Source: Ascidiella aspersa (Eukaryota). From it: 64,000 nucleotides of DNA. Where the stretch lies: contig OZ004608.1 in NCBI GenBank assembly GCA_963924565.1, positions 15,376,001 through 15,440,000 of the forward strand. The letters are read 5' to 3'. Below, one piece after another: positions 12,201-24,800 of the stretch. Below the pieces are notes generated by a model. The model ran no database searches, was not told where the DNA came from, and saw only the letters and a list, made by a program, of their open reading frames with translations. The translations under genes and the position numbers were made by a program. Positions within the stretch are counted from its first letter, which is position 1. The number at the start of each line of letters is the position of its first letter.

Positions 12201-14011
12201 CACAGGGTTATTGGAATGAAAATGCAGGCGTATTTTACAAACACTATGTGTTCGCACACGCGCTCACGTTTACATGCACATACACGCACGCACGCGCACA
12301 CATACTGTCGCTAGACGCAAGAAAATCAGATAAGGTTTGTTATGTCAAGTATGATCGATATTCGCATTTGGGACAAAGGCGCGCGAGAAACATCAATTTC
12401 TAATTTCTTGTGGGAGTAGGCGACCTTATTTTATTGCGTCACGCTGAACGGTCGGTCGCCCATTTGTTACGCGGCCAGAAAGCGAAAACAATGATTCGGC
12501 CTAAAGGTTATCGTCATAAAACAAAACAACGTCGGGGTATCAGAAAAGCCCAGCATACAACATTTTCGTCATACTCGTAAAATCACCTATTAACCAAAAT
12601 GTATTATTGAACTGACTAAATCTGTGTCTGGTTTATATTTAAAGCCAGGCCAAATCCGCACCTCTTTCCCGCGTTCTCTGTAGTAGGTGTCGACATCCTC
12701 AATGGGACGATTGTACAAGCGTTTTGGGAATTTCCCGCAGTACTGAGGAAGTGTTTGGCCGTTCTGCAGCGAGGCGTCGGGGTGGGTTTCTTCGAACTCG
12801 ACATCTTCGTTTGCTTCAGGTGTGTACGACTCATCTACGCCTGCCCATCACATACAAATACACTGTTTGGTTACAAGACCGCTGCTTTCACCGGGGGACT
12901 GTACATTAAAATTTAAAATTTAATTTTTTTAACCTTAAAATAAATTTATTTGGTCGCCGTCCGTGATTGCAGAGGTATGACCTATGACGTTCGATTTATC
13001 TTTATAATATATTAACGTACATACGTTATCTTAGAAATGCAAAACGAAATGGTCCAAAAATACATGTTTACTTGTTATATTTCCATCGATGTTATATTTC
13101 GCAAGCAATAACAAAATTTGCCGCCTAAAACTGAAAAAACAAAAATTACAATAGATCTTCGGTTTATCTTTGTTGTTTAAGTTACACGTAAACATAATAT
13201 TTAAGACATTTAAAGCCCAAATGTTCCCAGAAAATGCCACTAGGGCTCGGCCACAACTTTTAAATTAAATATATATTAGAAAATTGTGCGAAAATATAGA
13301 AGTTTAGTGCTGCCTTAAATTAAATTCCATGCGAAAGTTGTAAACAAATAGCTTTATTTTCTATACAGGTACCTCAGTTACAGCTGTACAGCAGATTGTG
13401 GGCCAGATGGCCATAAACGGGTTACTGCCAAACCGTTCGGTAATTATCAATCCTCGGGGAACCGTATCCCGTTATCACACCGAGCCATTGACCCAGCTAT
13501 TTATGCCGGCGTCTCCCGAGGTGTCACATAACTGCCGAAAACACACGAGGCCGAGCCGACTATAAATGGAAATTCATATGCGTTCAATGTCGAACCTTCG
13601 ACATGCCTCCTTAAACCAGCTTTTCGTAATCTAATAATTCCACCTGCTGTTGGATAGCGACCGAAATTGGCTCCCGTTTTTGTCAGTTATATTGGTAATT
13701 TTACCATAAATCAAGTAAGTTTAGACCTAAATACTTAATGACCTAAAAAAAGTAGTTCGCTTCTTTTTTAATGAACGTAACAGCTTGGTAACTGTTGATA
13801 TGTCCGTCATCCTACATCCAATTGGTAATAAAAATAAAAAATAGTTAGAGATTTGCAAACCTTTGAATATTGCTAGCTTGGCAGCCGAGGTTTTAATTAC
13901 ATCCTTGTGCTTCTTGAGGTAACTCGATCGGGTTTTTAGGGTGGACAAGCTTTCAGGCGTAAATTGGCGGTACTCTTCTTCTTCTCCGAGAACATCATTG
14001 TCGTTGGACAT
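291..14011 (-). CDS. Voltage-gated sodium channel alpha subunit, Nav2/DSC1-like; 5' part only (N-terminus, domain I, I-II linker, start of domain II); continues beyond the left edge
   Basis: Phase-consistent GT-AG exons: 13861-14011 (MSNDND..YRQFTPESL), 12662-12840 (..PIEDVDTYY), 10937-11064 (TFCVV..LFRFSA..LHS), 10637-10717 (IS1), 10178-10306 (..RDPWNWLDF), 9079-9167 (S4 LRAIRVLRAVK), 6621-6815 (GLRTIVNALL, IS5), 5954-6011 (CGNATGSG), 5074-5218 (CPAGYIC..NPNYGHTNFD..LTLDFWENVY, pore), 2962-3090 (IS6 FYLLNLLLAVV), 1925-2258, 899-1023, 291-416 (IIS1 FIILCIVINT). Confidence 0.95.
1351..1480. mobile_element. Small MITE-like element with GACTCC/GAGTC subterminal motifs
   Basis: Ends CAGGGCTGCG...CAGCCTG with repeated CGACTCC/CGAGTC motifs; related sequence at about 1630-1713 and 40705-41035. 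Confidence 0.5.
1795..1917 (-). repeat. Dispersed repeat fragment with a CACTGTAAA terminus; second copy at 30145-30325
   Basis: TTACAAATTT.CACCCC.A.GT.GATTAT.ACAACC...TTTACAGTG is shared, in inverted orientation, with 30145-30200. Confidence 0.65.
2365..2582. mobile_element. Penelope-like (PLE) retroelement remnant: inverted pLTR-like repeat with 12-bp flanking duplication
   Basis: Arms of about 80 bp (2364-2445 and 2460-2542) are near-perfect reverse complements, with a 40-nt one-sided tail; GGTAAATTCATG occurs at 2353-2364 and 2583-2594; each arm carries a hammerhead motif. Confidence 0.7.
2463..2500 (+). ncRNA. Minimal type I hammerhead ribozyme motif (PLE-type)
   Basis: TTGAC-CTGATGA-A-GCAC(GGTT)GTGC-GAAA-GC-TT-GTCGA: core boxes, 4-bp stem II, palindromic AAGCTT stem III, stem I TTGAC/GTCGA. 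Confidence 0.7.
7089..8194. mobile_element. Non-autonomous hAT (Charlie-like) DNA transposon in a Nav intron
   Basis: TIR CAGTGGTTCTTAACCT / AGGTTGAGAACCACTG, perfect 8-bp TSD TCCTATAG, subterminal GCGACCCC motifs. Confidence 0.9.
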
Positions 14012-17000
14012 ACTTGCATTATGAATAATCCCTCCTTGAATTATTGGCCTTCGGGTTTCCTTGACAATCCAGTTATTTTGTTATCCATGGCAAGTTGATT
14101 TTTATGTAGCTAAAACAATCTAAAACGCCTAAACGCCTGAGGCCCTAAAAAGCAGAAACGGGCGAAGAGTTGGTAAGAATGTAGTACAGTTATGGTCAAC
14201 GTCATGTAATTTCTTTGTGTTGATTGTACGGTCTAACAGGTGATGGAAGAACGTGCGGAACAATAAACGTTGCGATACCTTCGCACCTTCCATGCTGCTC
14301 GCGTGTTACATTGTGGTGATAAGTAATCGATAGATCATACTAAAAGCACGGCCCCGCCTGAAGGAAAACTGCACAAGCATGACGCGCCATTCACATTGAT
14401 GCTATATGCTGGACGCGCAAAACCAATGCTTCTGAATTCGTAAAATATTTTATTCCGTTACTTAGCTTTGCGCCTGTAATGCATTATTGATGGGTCATTC
14501 TTCTGGGGCTGTTTAGTGATTATCATGCACGCTTAAGGTTGTCGCCCCGCTGATCTGGCCGGAGTCCGAAAGATCGTTGACAATTTCCAAAATCACCATG
14601 GACTGAGGTTACTTTCGGAAAATAATAAAAAAATGCTGTAAAGAATATCGGATAAACTATTATCAGCGTTCGTTTTTTGTTCAGGAACATTAATTTTAAA
14701 CGGTCAAAAACATTTACCTGTGGTCCAAAAAAACCTATAGGGTAAGGGATTTTAGTGTTTTAACAAATCTTCGACTATTGTCATAGTTCACGACAACAGC
14801 AAATTAAACATTTACGAATACGATTTTATCGTCGATTTGTCAAGACCAAGTAGGTAACTGTTAGCTTGCTCGGCGACAACGAATTTTACTAATGCACAAC
14901 AGAACCGTCTTCTAATGAGCACTTCGTACTGTCCTAGGGGCCTAATGGACCTACACCTTCACGCTGGTAATTGTTTTAGGCCACGGGCTGAACTTTGTCG
15001 TTGGTACAGTTCCTAATCAAGGTAAAACAGCGACGTGCCAGAACTGCCAAACAATGTGATCGTAAAATGTATAGTATAGCGCTAAAACTGATTTAAGATC
15101 TAAATATGCGAAAATGTAAAACATCAGTTTTGCTCGGTTTATAATCAATAAATGGCGCATTACATTCCTAGTACTAGAGACTGGACAAACGACGTTACCT
15201 GAGATACTGGAAACAACATCAAGCGATTGATTTCACTATTTCCTTGATCGTTCTATTAAGCTTATAACAATCTACGATACGGCTCTCATTTTTAATCGTA
15301 CAATTCTATTTTGGTAATGACAATTTACGGTAACTCGAAACTGCCTCGGCTTGTTCATCACCAAACATAGACAATTTATGTGCGTAGAAAATAACCCAGT
15401 GTAGTTTCGTAATACCGTCTAAGTTCATTAAAGCGCACCAAGATAGACGAATCCCTGTTTGAATGCTTTCGTCAATTATTCATACGCGATTTGACCAACT
15501 TCAACAAAGAGCCATACATTTGTCTGTTCCTTTGTCCTCAGAGCTATTCTATACTATTATACGTACAATGCGACGGAGGTTATCAGATGACATTATTTTT
15601 AAGTGATATGTCCAGCGTGGCCGATTTACAGAACTCTTGCTTGAATTAAAGTTTTTCAACCAAATACCGTCCAAAACAATCCTGTCAGATGCTTATGCCT
15701 CTTCATGTACCTGAAAAGAGATAACCATCCAACTCTACAACCTGTACAGTTCTTCTGCAAATAAACGGTTGTAACGAACAGTTCAACTGTCCGACAGGGT
15801 AGCAATCTGCCTTTCATTGCATGATGGGATTTGCCTCGATGTGCGGGAAACGTCTATCACCGGCAGCCGACAAGGGAGTGATTTTCGCAATCGTTAGCTT
15901 CATCGTACACTCAAAATATGGATAAAAGTCGGATACGCATGAAAGTGACAGGCCGCAGATGTAATATAAATAGCATCTTTGGTTTTACAAACGTACCCAT
16001 ACAACCTATCATTTCTTTATACCACCGGAATGAAAGGAACGACGTTTGTTTTGCCTTATACATTTATAACGATATTGGTTCCACAATGCCAGTAAGCTGT
16101 AACCCACTGTCTGCTAGATTTTCTGCCTGTTTGGACTGATTTTATCTGTCACGATGTAAAAGCGAAAAGCCCGTTGCTGTTCGAAGTCTGCCGCACAGCA
16201 ACATATATTTTGCTTACTCACTGCAAAATAAACTAAAGATGTGTAACTTTTGCCACCTTCGCCATATACATTTTTACTGCACAAACATAACAAAAAACTA
16301 CTGCTGTCGCAGATTCACGTGCCCTTATTTAAAGCGTAAGTACAAAACAAAAGGCTCTGATTCACCACAAATCAGCGTTGTTGTCACGCGCAGCACACGG
16401 CATCAATACCAGCAAGAATCCAGTGATACAGTTCGCTCACTTTTCTTTTCTGGACGGGCGACAAAGGCAATTGTCTTGTCGATAATACAAGCGTTGCGGC
16501 GTCGGCGATTCTGAAATCTACACAATAGAACCTTTTCCATTGGACTTTAAGCATCAATGATATGCAATGCTGCCTATACATAAACCTACATACCAAAATA
16601 AAATATTTCTGTTATAGTAATCCGTCAAATGGCAAAAACAAAGCAAATTAAAGTATTTGGTTAAATGTTTTTTTTAATGTAAGGATGTGCTGGACAAATG
16701 TTACGTTGTCTTCCTGGACCTAAACCTGTCTCCCCATTCAAATCACGGAATTAGTGGTGTTTTGCAGAAAATGCCATCTTGTCCTAATTTGTACCGGCGT
16801 GTTATTATGTTACAGGAGGGACGGACAAAAGTATAAAGACACACAGAGAAATGCAAAACGTCTGCCTCAGTGCATTGGCACATCAATCCATTCTTATTAC
16901 ACTAACATTCAGGTTTCTGGATTTTAAAGTAACAAGTTAAAAATATGCAACATTTTTGTAAGAACGTAAATATAAAATGTAAAATATTTTTTTACTAGTT

Positions 17001-20000
17001 TGCTTGACATACTTTAATTGTAAATCGCAAAAGGCAAAATTGATAAAATGCATTTTAAATAATAAATGCTGAAATGCCAATAAAGCTATTTTATTTAAAA
17101 CTTTTTGTTTAATTTAATACAAAGGGAATTTTTACCAATCATTCCTTACAATTGCCGACAGGATTGCCATAACCTTCTTAAAAGAAACAATGCATATTGA
17201 TTACAGTTGGTGATCTTGTTTGCTCTCGTTGCAATCGATCAGATTCCAATTAAAGCTGACCTCCCTAACTGAAAGTTAGAACGCACGAAAGATACCCAGT
17301 AGAACAGTGGTTCTGTAACTTAATATTCACGGCACACAACTTACACAACATTAATTTCATAACTTGACAACTGTTGCTAATACAATGCTAGGCAGTGGAA
17401 AAATACCATAATCTAATTCATTTTCTACTGGAGAGCGTGTATTCGGTCTCACATGCTTGTCTGTAGACCTATTCGTACAACAAAAAGTTGTTATCCAAAT
17501 TTACAAAAGAGTTTCGCGACACATACTGGTGTGCATATTTAGAAATATACTAGTTTGCATATTTAGAAATAGTCCAGTGGTATTTCCGGATAGAACAACT
17601 GCTGTATTTGCTGTGTATCCCGTAGTCATCGCATTATTATAACAGGCTTATATTGATACCTCAATATGTGTTTGCCCCAATATTACCGCTTTATGACGTA
17701 GTATCTAATTTTTTTAAAACACTAAAAATCTAACAAATATATGAGGGCAGCCTCGGTGCTCAAAACACATTAAAAAAGTTAACCAAAGAGCTATAACTGA
17801 AAAACCAAAAGTATCTAAATAATTCTTGAATATCAAACTTTCGCATCACAGAAGTTAAGGTAAAGCGTCTAAATAGGTTTCACCTCCAAAATAAAAACTG
17901 GCATGCCGGTCAATAGAGGGCAATGCATTGACATCCTTGTTGGTAAAAATACAGCTACTCTTATGACACAATTGCTGTCAAGCGTTATGGGGACGAACCT
18001 GCCATATTGGTGTTGATTGTGACTGCGCGAGGGAGCAAACCTGACCGCTACGTACGACTGCGAGTATTGCCTTGGGCCTCTGGTTGTTTGCATGATGTTA
18101 GTACGTGTGTCTTGTTAATCTGTTAATACGGGAGACGACCTTTCGCAAGTTAACAGCGCTGACAGCCGCGATGCGACTTTTGACGCGCACAATAGGCTTA
18201 CATGGTTAAGCTAATTGCGTGTTTACGTTGGGAAACCACTGCCAATGCAAATGTTATTCGGTGGCTCGCTGCTTTACGTAACTTTTCCATATAAGAAGCA
18301 ACACTTTTGATTACGATTCACGCTGGTAACGATATAAATAAACTCTCCAAATGTTTTCTCAAGTGGCAACCTGAATACAAATTTAATGACGTAAAACTTT
18401 ACTAAAAAATGACACAAAATAATTTCTTTACTACTATCATAACTAACTTTACTTCATTACTTTTTTCTCTTTAGTTTTGATTTGCCAACAGTCTGTTTCT
18501 TAGGCTTTGTGTGTACCAGTTACCATAAGCACCATCACAATAAGCTAATATTACTGAAGTGCAAGTTTCAGACTCATGTCATAATTATAATGTTGCACCC
18601 TATAGGGACGGAAAGTGCCTTGCAGATTGGAGATAACTCATATCGACTTAACAGCGCCACAACAGTTTTAACGACGTATTTTTTAACTTATTTCCCCCAC
18701 CACTGTTCAGCTCAGAGACACACTGCTTTCTGATGTAAATTCTTCGTTTAAAAATGCTAGCACACGACAAAGAATATCCTATAAAAACGAGACAAGTTGT
18801 GAGTTACACAAATCAAGTACACTATTAAATGCCCTAGATCAGCGTTGAAGTAAGCCGGAATGGTCTTAATCGGCGTTACGGTAATCCAAATACGCTGTAG
18901 CCTACTGGTAACACTAAATTACTAGACCATGTGCCTTTTCACCAGGCTAACCCGCCAAACCTTGAATGGTGTTTTAACTAAGATTTTAGCTGCTGGTTTG
19001 TGCTCGACTCGAACCATAAGGTTCCCCAAAGGTAACATTTTTGAATGTTGTCTTATGAGATAACTTTGTGACATCATCTGTCAAATCTTTCACGCATTCC
19101 TTTAAAAAAATTACATCGTTCCCCTATGAAAATTATTTTACTTTCACCCCTACATTAGATGAAAAGACGTAGAAAGATCAATAACATAAACAGTTTGTCA
19201 TGTTGTACTTTTATTTAAACAAATACGGCAAAGTCACTTTTTTACGTAATTACGAGGTCCTCCGTAATTTCTTTATATTCGGGTTGTCCTCACCCAGAAG
19301 AACCATACCCCGGTATATTGGGGTGTTTGGTTCAGTTAAATATCGTCAGCTCCGTTTTGAAATGTTACAGAATATTCTGCTCGCAATGACATTGTTAAGC
19401 GAAATCCATTCTTGAGAAGACAACAACTTTTTGACTTTGCCAAAATGAGTTTGCCGTCGAAGAGATAAGAAACAATGTTGCAATCGTTTAACGTTGGTCC
19501 GGGCATTGGGTTTCAATTATTTATGTCTCTTAGTTTTCTTTAAACCACCACATGCCATAAATTACCGATTATTATCGTCGAAACGTCCGTATCTTTTGAG
19601 AAATCAGCACAGCTTTTTAAAACAAATCGGTTTACCACTGCTTCGATCATATTTGCTCTATTACGTGCTAAGTTCGCTTTAAAGTTAAAAATGCAATGCA
19701 CAAAATGGGTAACGAAAAAAACGACCATTTAAAGTATTTGTAGCACGTAATATGTTCTACCCAATGTGCACATTATAATATGTTGCGCTGTATGAACACA
19801 AACTCTACTAAGTACGATTTTTGTTAAGTTACTAAAAAGGCTATTATTTTGAGCAATATGCGACTAACTTCCATATACTTTATGCCTAAAATATGCTAAA
19901 TATGCTAAAATTGAAAGTAAATCTAATTTTGTTGTACTTATCAAATTAGCGTTTTATGGCGTCATACCTAAATATTCTATGTCTCCAAACTAAATCTCGG

Positions 20001-21839
20001 GAACGGCACAGGTCACACGTACAGTTAAATTTATATCCGCGACAAGGCTGGTTGTTTATTAAAACTAAATAAATAATAACTCAAAATATTACCGTAAGAA
20101 AGCTTAAGATGTGGTAAATATTTTAATTAATAACGTACTTAAAGGATTAAACGTCTTGTATTAAACGGTTTTACCGTTGTGATCAATACCAAAACACGAC
20201 TTCATTTGTCTTCAACGCTTGAAGCAAACGAGTGGTCTTTTAGGCTGATCGATTTAAACGGCAGCAGACGTTTTGGGGGAATTACCACCATACGTCAGGT
20301 GTACTGCTTATACAAGGAAATATAGTAGCACCAACAGCGATGCTTTATATGATTTTAAAACTACTATAATTTAGAGCAGCACTTCTCAGCTGGTATGTTG
20401 CGAAACTTTTTTCTGTAGCTCGTGCTTTTTGCCACATCTTGAGTTACGTAGTTTGTTACAATTGTTTCAAACTTTTACTGTAGGCCCTAAAATAAAGTAA
20501 AAGTGTTTCATTGTAAAAAACGAGTGTCTACACTGGACTATTATAAACCATCTTTTAAGAGGATTTATTCTCTTTTCTATAATAATTGAACTACACAACA
20601 GAACTATATTTTTATGTGTGTGTTTTGGTATGCAATTTAATTAAATCAAATGACTTTTTGATCGGCAACCTCATGAGTTCTAATCAACTATTCACGATCA
20701 GAATCTGCCAAATATGTTTTCCTTGTTTTGTGTCGTGTTGGCTACTACTATCTGTGCATATGCAGGCCTATAACTACCCTTAGATAGATGAACTATATTT
20801 GCCATTGTACTTTTTGTCCTCTTTTTAGGTGACGAAAACTGTAGGCCTAATTATGGAAGGGTCTGCAAAGTATGGCTTGATAATATTGAATCTCACAGCC
20901 AAAAAGATCGAGCAAATCGAAATCATCTTGATAAAGTCGTTTCTATACGTACTTGTATCATCATCAACTAATGTGACTGGAACTGATAATGATAATTATA
21001 TTGCGTCCCACCTTTTATAAGTGGAGTTTGGATATACTAAGACACATTAACTGATGATGATCCAATAATATCAAGATTATGTCGGTTTACTCGACCATTT
21101 TGACTCTCATATTCTTTTTCAGGTTGTCATTGGTATTTCAGCACATTAGATTTTTAAATAGGATCTTAAATATAATATAGTGTAGAGTCAGATTATTATT
21201 TTCATATAAAATCATTCTATTTAATTATTATTTTTCTATGATTTTACTTCAAAGCGACAGGAGAAAGCATATCCCTGGCTAGCAGTAAAAAAATATACTC
21301 ATACCATTTTGGATGAAATATAAAAAACAGCATGTTTTATTTTAATGCAAAACTTAGACGACAACATAGATAAATGTTTCAAAATCAGCCTGTGTATATA
21401 AAAATTCAACATATTACGATTGACACGAGCTGTCATTCATGCACAAGTGAAAACTTATGATTATGGCGATAAAGTCAATAAACTAAAAAAAACAGTGGAA
21501 AATTAAAATTTGCCAGGTGAAAACAATATAGGTTTGCTAAAAAAATATGTATAATACAATCCCTTCGAAAAGTTGCACAGGGCAAAAATCATTATTATTT
21601 TTCATTGTTTCTGAGGAAGCTGTAGTTCACCATTTAACAACTGAAACAGCAATTTTCGTCAATACGGTTATTTGTGTAGAATACGAACTTAAATGTTACA
21701 GAATTCAAAACGCAAATAAATAAAAACATTGCTGACAAAATAAATATTACTACTTCTGAACAAATCTTTTGAAGATTTATCAGGAGAAAAATTGAACAAA
21801 TACTTTTACACGGATTTCTTACTGATTTTTTTAATTATT

Positions 21840-24800
21840 TTATGTTTTTACTTTTAAGCTCCTAAACTTTCGCTTGTAATCCTCGTTCATCTTTTTCAGA
21901 AGAAGAAGGGCTTCGTTTAACTTGTACTCCATCGCGATTTGCCTGAGCGTAATTTTAGTTCTCTCGTTAAAATAAAATGAAGATTGACCTATTTTAAGTA
22001 ACATACGCCCGACGACTTGTCTTTTCAAATAAATTTTTATATTTTCTAAGTGTGTGAAAATCGGACACTTTTCTTTTTGATAAAGAACTATAATAGTAAT
22101 TGCTTTTTTTGCTCTTGTAGAATAATTTTATTTGTCAAGCGGTAGCAATGCAGTATTTAAGTATTAAGGATAGAAATACCTTTCACCGAATGTTTCTTTC
22201 ATTGTCTTTTTTCTGGCTTCGTTCCTAATACATTGTTCATTTAATTCAACAACAACTGTGTGTTCAAAATCGCTGTTGAAATTGCTTTGTTCCACGCTGA
22301 TGTCAATCTCTGCACAAAAGTTTTTTTTTTACATATGCGCTAAACTGTTTACAGGTCGAAACGTAAAATTTTATGCATTTTTTGCGTTCACATTAAATAG
22401 CGTCCAACTCACTAAAAGCACTCTTCGAATGTCCTTTGCCGCACAAGACACGAATGAGTGTCACCACATGGTTAATTAATATCAGAGGCGAAGGAAGAAA
22501 AGGTCTGCTGGAGAATTCGCGCACCACCTCGTACCGGTAATAACACCATATTGTATGCGTGTGTTCCTGTATGTTGTCGAACGTGAAACTGAAGAAAAAA
22601 ACATATCATATGACTGCTGTCGTCATCATCACTTTTTCATCACAAAACTTTTACTTGAACAGCAAACATTCTTCAAGGTGTATTACCTAAGTATATATAT
22701 ATGAAACAAAAGGTTCAGCTTACGATTCATGACTATATTTTGATTTTTTTATTTGGTACAGGCTATGAATCCACTATACCTGTACATCGCTATAAGAAGG
22801 TTCACCATCAAAATATTGGTAAATAGAACATAGCTTGCTGCACATATAAATCGTATAATGCCACTAAAATCTGTAAAACAAATAAATATCTTTTTTTTAG
22901 GGTTCAAAGAAGGAGAATTAAGTGTCCTCATTTAGAGTTTCTCCACAGTTATTTTATTCAAAGTCGGTCTGATTTAGGCTTAATTATCTTGAAAAAATAC
23001 ATGTTAAATTCACGGAAATCATAGAAAAGCAGGCCCTTCATGAAAAACGAGGAGTGAAAGTAGAGTAGTTTTCTCACCGTAACGATGAAAATCGTTCTTA
23101 CCGAAAAGCATTAATTTTTTTAGAAATGACGTCACAAAGTTACGTCATATCTTAACGTCTAAAAGGAAACCTACGGTTATCGTTAAATGTCGTAAATTAC
23201 TTTCACCACCGTAAAGAACCACCAGTAAATGGAAAGCACAGATAGCAATAACCCATTATACTATAAGCATCTTAAACGGTAAGTTAAACTATTTAGAAAT
23301 CTAGTATAATCGCCCAAAGCTGCAGATATGCTCTTATTTGGTTTGAACCGGCGAAAATTTTTTTTTTAATTTTAAGAATGCGTTCCGCATTAGGTAACCT
23401 ATACATAAAATACATTCGTATGTTGCTCAAAATAACGGCATTAATAGTTCAATTAAACATAACTTGTGTTGTTGCGTTCAAACGGTATTACATGCCATGT
23501 ATTTTCCTAAATTAACAAATATGTAGTAAAACCGGATAAAAGTTTGGAAAAAGCGCAAAAAAAGGTATTTTACATAGTAAAAGTTTTTTTATCTGTAAAA
23601 AATGTAATTCCTGTGCGTGCCATGATCTGGTTACTCCTCACTGAATCCGCTCTGCCGATAAATTAAAAACACTTACGCTTTTGAGGCATTTGTACAGCAT
23701 CGAGGTTGTTTCCGTATATTTGCCAGTACGGGTCGAGCAAAATGGCATTAAAAACTTTGACCACGCCTGATTGAAATGACTGAAGACATGTCCCGTTTAC
23801 AACATTTCCAAAGATGCAATGCGTGGAATAATTCGCGTTGATGCTGTGATTACATTATAATTGTATTTTTAACACTCTATTCATCCTTAACTTTGCGTCA
23901 ATTGCTGTATGTTAATTTGAATATAGCACATTTATTTATAAAAAACATCTATTCTTTAGGGCATTCCTAAACATATGAAATTTAAGTTATTTGACAGTAA
24001 TAGAATGTTAAGCGTATGTCAATTTAAAGAAAATATGTGGACTATAGTATCTGTTGAATAAATATTCGTGGATTTATGCAATTCAATGTTAAGTGCATAA
24101 CTATTAAAAACTGCTCACCCTTGATTTTATGAAAATATTAGTGTTTTAAACTTTTTGAACCGAAGTCCTTATTAGAGCAAGCAACTCCAAATCAAGTTAT
24201 TGTTATAAAATAAAACGTTAAAGTACTAAATTGGTAAGTAGTGAATCAACTACCAAAAACCCGACAATAGCTAATTAGTTAACATGCAAAAAACTTAATG
24301 TCCAATTTACTTTAGTTAGTTCAACTCATTCCACCGAAACGACTCAGATCCAGTTATTTAAAACAATGCCTTCAAGGCACTTATGTCAAGTAATTAACTT
24401 AAGTCACAACAGCACTGCAAAACTGCTGCTTCGTTTAAAGTTTAAACAAGTATTTTTGCACGCTAGATTTCAAGTGAGGTCATTCTATAGAATTACCTTG
24501 GCATGATGTCTGAGGTCAACGATCTGATTATTACTCCATAGCAAAAGAAGATCATTCCCATCAAACCCAAAAATACTCCTGTATCATGCATCTAAATACA
24601 AAGTTTTTAAAAAGTACAAATTAGTTAACTTAGAGGTAAATTTAGACGTTAAACCGTAAGGGCGACCTACGGTGGCATTTTATTATTACAAAACTGTTGG
24701 AGTTCATTAATATAGCAATAACATTTCTCACTACTGCCTTACGTTGGCCTTATTTTTACTTTTGCTTTCGTTAGTTGCTCATGAATAGAAAAAACAACTA

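Noticed and set aside
14200-21800. Additional gene between TRPM and Nav
   Set aside because: Only short ORFs without recognisable motifs or a consistent exon chain; likely Nav regulatory/5' UTR and TRPM 3' region.
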